Source: Mobula hypostoma | Lineage: Eukaryota | Direction: 5' to 3' | Assembly: GCF_963921235.1 (NCBI RefSeq) | Contig: NC_086097.1 | Span: 254,326,001-254,390,000, forward strand | DNA length: 64,000 bases | Shown: one piece after another, positions 61,800 to 64,000 of the stretch | Layout of the letters: every line of letters begins with the position of its first letter | Numbering within the stretch: the first letter of the stretch is position 1 | Program-made: the position numbers and the translations under genes | Notes under the pieces: model-generated | Database searches by the model: none | Told to the model about the DNA's origin: nothing | Seen by the model: only the letters and a program-made list of their open reading frames with translations

Positions 61800-63265
61800 G
61801 TTGGATGATCAGCCATGATCATAATAAATGGCGGCGCAGGCTCGAAGGGCCGAATGGCCTACTCCTGCACCTATTTTCTATGTTTCTATGTTTCTATGTC
61901 TTATTGGTCCTATATCTACCCTCTTTTACCCTTTATATACTTTAAAAAGCTTTTAGTATCTTCTTTGATGTTAGTCGCCAGCTTCCTTTCATAATTCATC
62001 TTTTCCTTCCTGATAACCTTCTTAGTTTCCTTGTGCAAGTGTTTAAAAGCTTTCCAATCCTCTATCTTTCCACTAGCTTTGGCTTCCTTGTATGCCTTCT
62101 CTTTTCCTTTTACTTTGGCTCTGACTTCACTTGTCAGCCACAGTAGTATCTTGCATCCATTAAAAATTTTCTTCTTACTTAGAATATATCTGTCTTGCAC
62201 TTCCCACATTTCTCACAAAAACTCCAGCCATTGCTGCTCTGCTGACCTTTCCAGTCAACCTTGGCCAGTTCCCCTCTCATGCCATTGTAATTTCATAGTC
62301 ATACTTTATTGATCCTGGGGGAAATTGGTTTCCTTTATTCCACTGAAATACCGACACATTGGAATTTAGTTTCTCCTTCTCAAATTTCAAAGTGAACATG
62401 ATCATATTATGATCACTGTTCCCTAAGGGTTCCTTAATTTTAAGCTATTTTATCACCTCCGGATCATTGCACAACACCCAGTCTAGCACAGCCGATCCCC
62501 TAGTGGGCTCAACAAAAAGCTGTTCTAGAAAGCCATCCCTTAGACATCCTACAAATTCTCTCTTGAGATCCAGAAATGGCCTGGTTTTCCCAATCCACTT
62601 TCATGTTAAAATCCCCAACGATTACCATGACATTGCCCTTCTGACACACCTTTTCTATCTCCTGCTGTAATTCATAATCCACATCCCGGCTGCTGTTTGG
62701 AGGCCTGTATACAACTGCAATTAGGATCCTCTTACCCTTGTCATTTCTTAATTCGACCCATAGAGACTCTACACCTTCTGATCCTATGTCATTCCTTTCT
62801 AATGATTTCACATTATTTCCTACACACAGGGCCACACCACCCCCTCTGCCTACTAACCTAGCTTTTCGATACATTGTATATTCTTGAATGTTCAACTCCC
62901 AATGGCAGCCGTCCTTGAGCCAAGCTTCAGAGATGGCCACAATGTCGTATTTGCCAATCTGCAGCTGAATTTCAAGATCGTTCAATTTATTTCTTATGCT
63001 GTGTGCATTCAAATACAACACTTTCATGTCCAGTATTTGTTGCTTTCTGTTTTAACTGCACCACGCCTCTATTGCCCTGTAACTCATCCCACTGGCTGTG
63101 ATTATGCCTCATCTCCTGTCTGTCCTTTCTATCATCTCAGTTGCATGCCATCTTTGATTTGTTTCTGTTTTCCCCTTCCTCAGTCCTATCACTCCTGTTC
63201 CCATCCCCTTGCCAAATTAGTTCAAATCCTCCTGAACAGCTCTATTAAACCTGCCTGCTAGGATT

Positions 63266-64000
63266 ACAAGATCACAAGATAAAGGAGCAGAAGCAGGCCA
63301 TTCGGCCCATCGAGTCTGCTCCGCAGCTCCCCCATGAGCTAAACTATTCACCCATCTAGTTCCAATTTCCGGCTTTTTCCCCATATCCCTTGATACCCTG
63401 ACTAATTAGATACCTGTCAATCTCCTCCTTAAACACCCTCAATGATCGGGCCTCCACAGCTGTATTTGGCAATGAATTCCACAAATCCACGACCCTCTGG
63501 CTAAAAAAATTTCTCCTCACCTCTGTTTTAACTGGGTACCCTCTAATTCTAAAGACTATGGCCTCTTGTCCTGGACTCACCCACCAAGGGAAACAGCCTT
63601 TCCACATCTACTCTGTCTAACCCTTTCAACATTCGAAATGTTTCTATGAGATCCCCTCTCATTCTTCTATACAGTCCAAGAGCGGATAAATGCTCCTCAT
63701 ATGTTAGCCCCTGCATTCCAGGAATCATCCTCGTAAATCTTCTCTGAACTCTCTCCAACATCAGTATATCCTTTCTAAGATAGGGGGCCCAAAACTGCAC
63801 ACAGTATTCCAAATGAGGTCTCACTAATGCCCCATAGAGCCTCATCAACACCTCCTTACTCTTATACACTATTCTTCTTGAAATGAATGCCAACATAGCA
63901 TTCGCTTTCCTTACCACTGATCCAACTTGGTGGTTAACCTTTAGGGTATCCTGCACGAGGACCCCCAAGTCCCTTTGCACTTCCGATTTTTGAATTTTCT
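63266..64000 (-). mobile_element. CR1 3' portion running off the window
   Basis: ORFs 63549-63980 and 63356-63607; TCTTGTGA-type tail. Confidence 0.88.

Larger units (their letters stand above)
58695..61899 (+). mobile_element. Young CR1 copy D: last ~33 codons of ORF1, complete ORF2 and 3' UTR
   Basis: DLYKKDGLHLNPRGTNILAGRL..TLN*, then an intact ORF2, 3' hairpin and (TTCTATGT)3 tail. Confidence 0.97.
57036..63265 (-). mobile_element. Old CR1 ORF2 (EN to 3' UTR) split by young copy D
   Basis: EN LYLNAHSIRNK...YRPP...GDFN (62509-63027), ORF 61916-62209, RT 57844-58634, 3' end 57124-57471. Confidence 0.85.

Overview
This is eukaryotic DNA made almost entirely of nested transposable elements. 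The repeat mix (many CR1 LINE subfamilies, Rex1/Babar, RTE, Penelope-like elements, Tc1, hAT, Gypsy) points to a vertebrate, probably a cartilaginous fish (inference). No host gene can be named; two short non-repetitive patches have exon-like signals. A young CR1 subfamily is present in five near-identical copies, one with an intact ~1000-codon EN+RT ORF2 (58800-61799). The strongest signal is at the CR1 ORF1/ORF2 junction. ORF1 ends on the slippery heptamer T TTA AAC followed directly by its stop. ORF2 lies in the -1 frame and has no AUG until codon 202, inside the endonuclease. The motif recurs at all seven CR1 junctions I found, which suggests programmed -1 ribosomal frameshifting in a LINE. 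Other notable features are Penelope pLTRs with minimal hammerhead ribozymes, a 2.6-kb Penelope palindrome, a 3.5-kb minisatellite born inside a CR1 ORF1, a Gmr1-order Gypsy relic and a covarying CR1 3' stem-loop. Boundaries of decayed repeats are approximate because they were read by eye.
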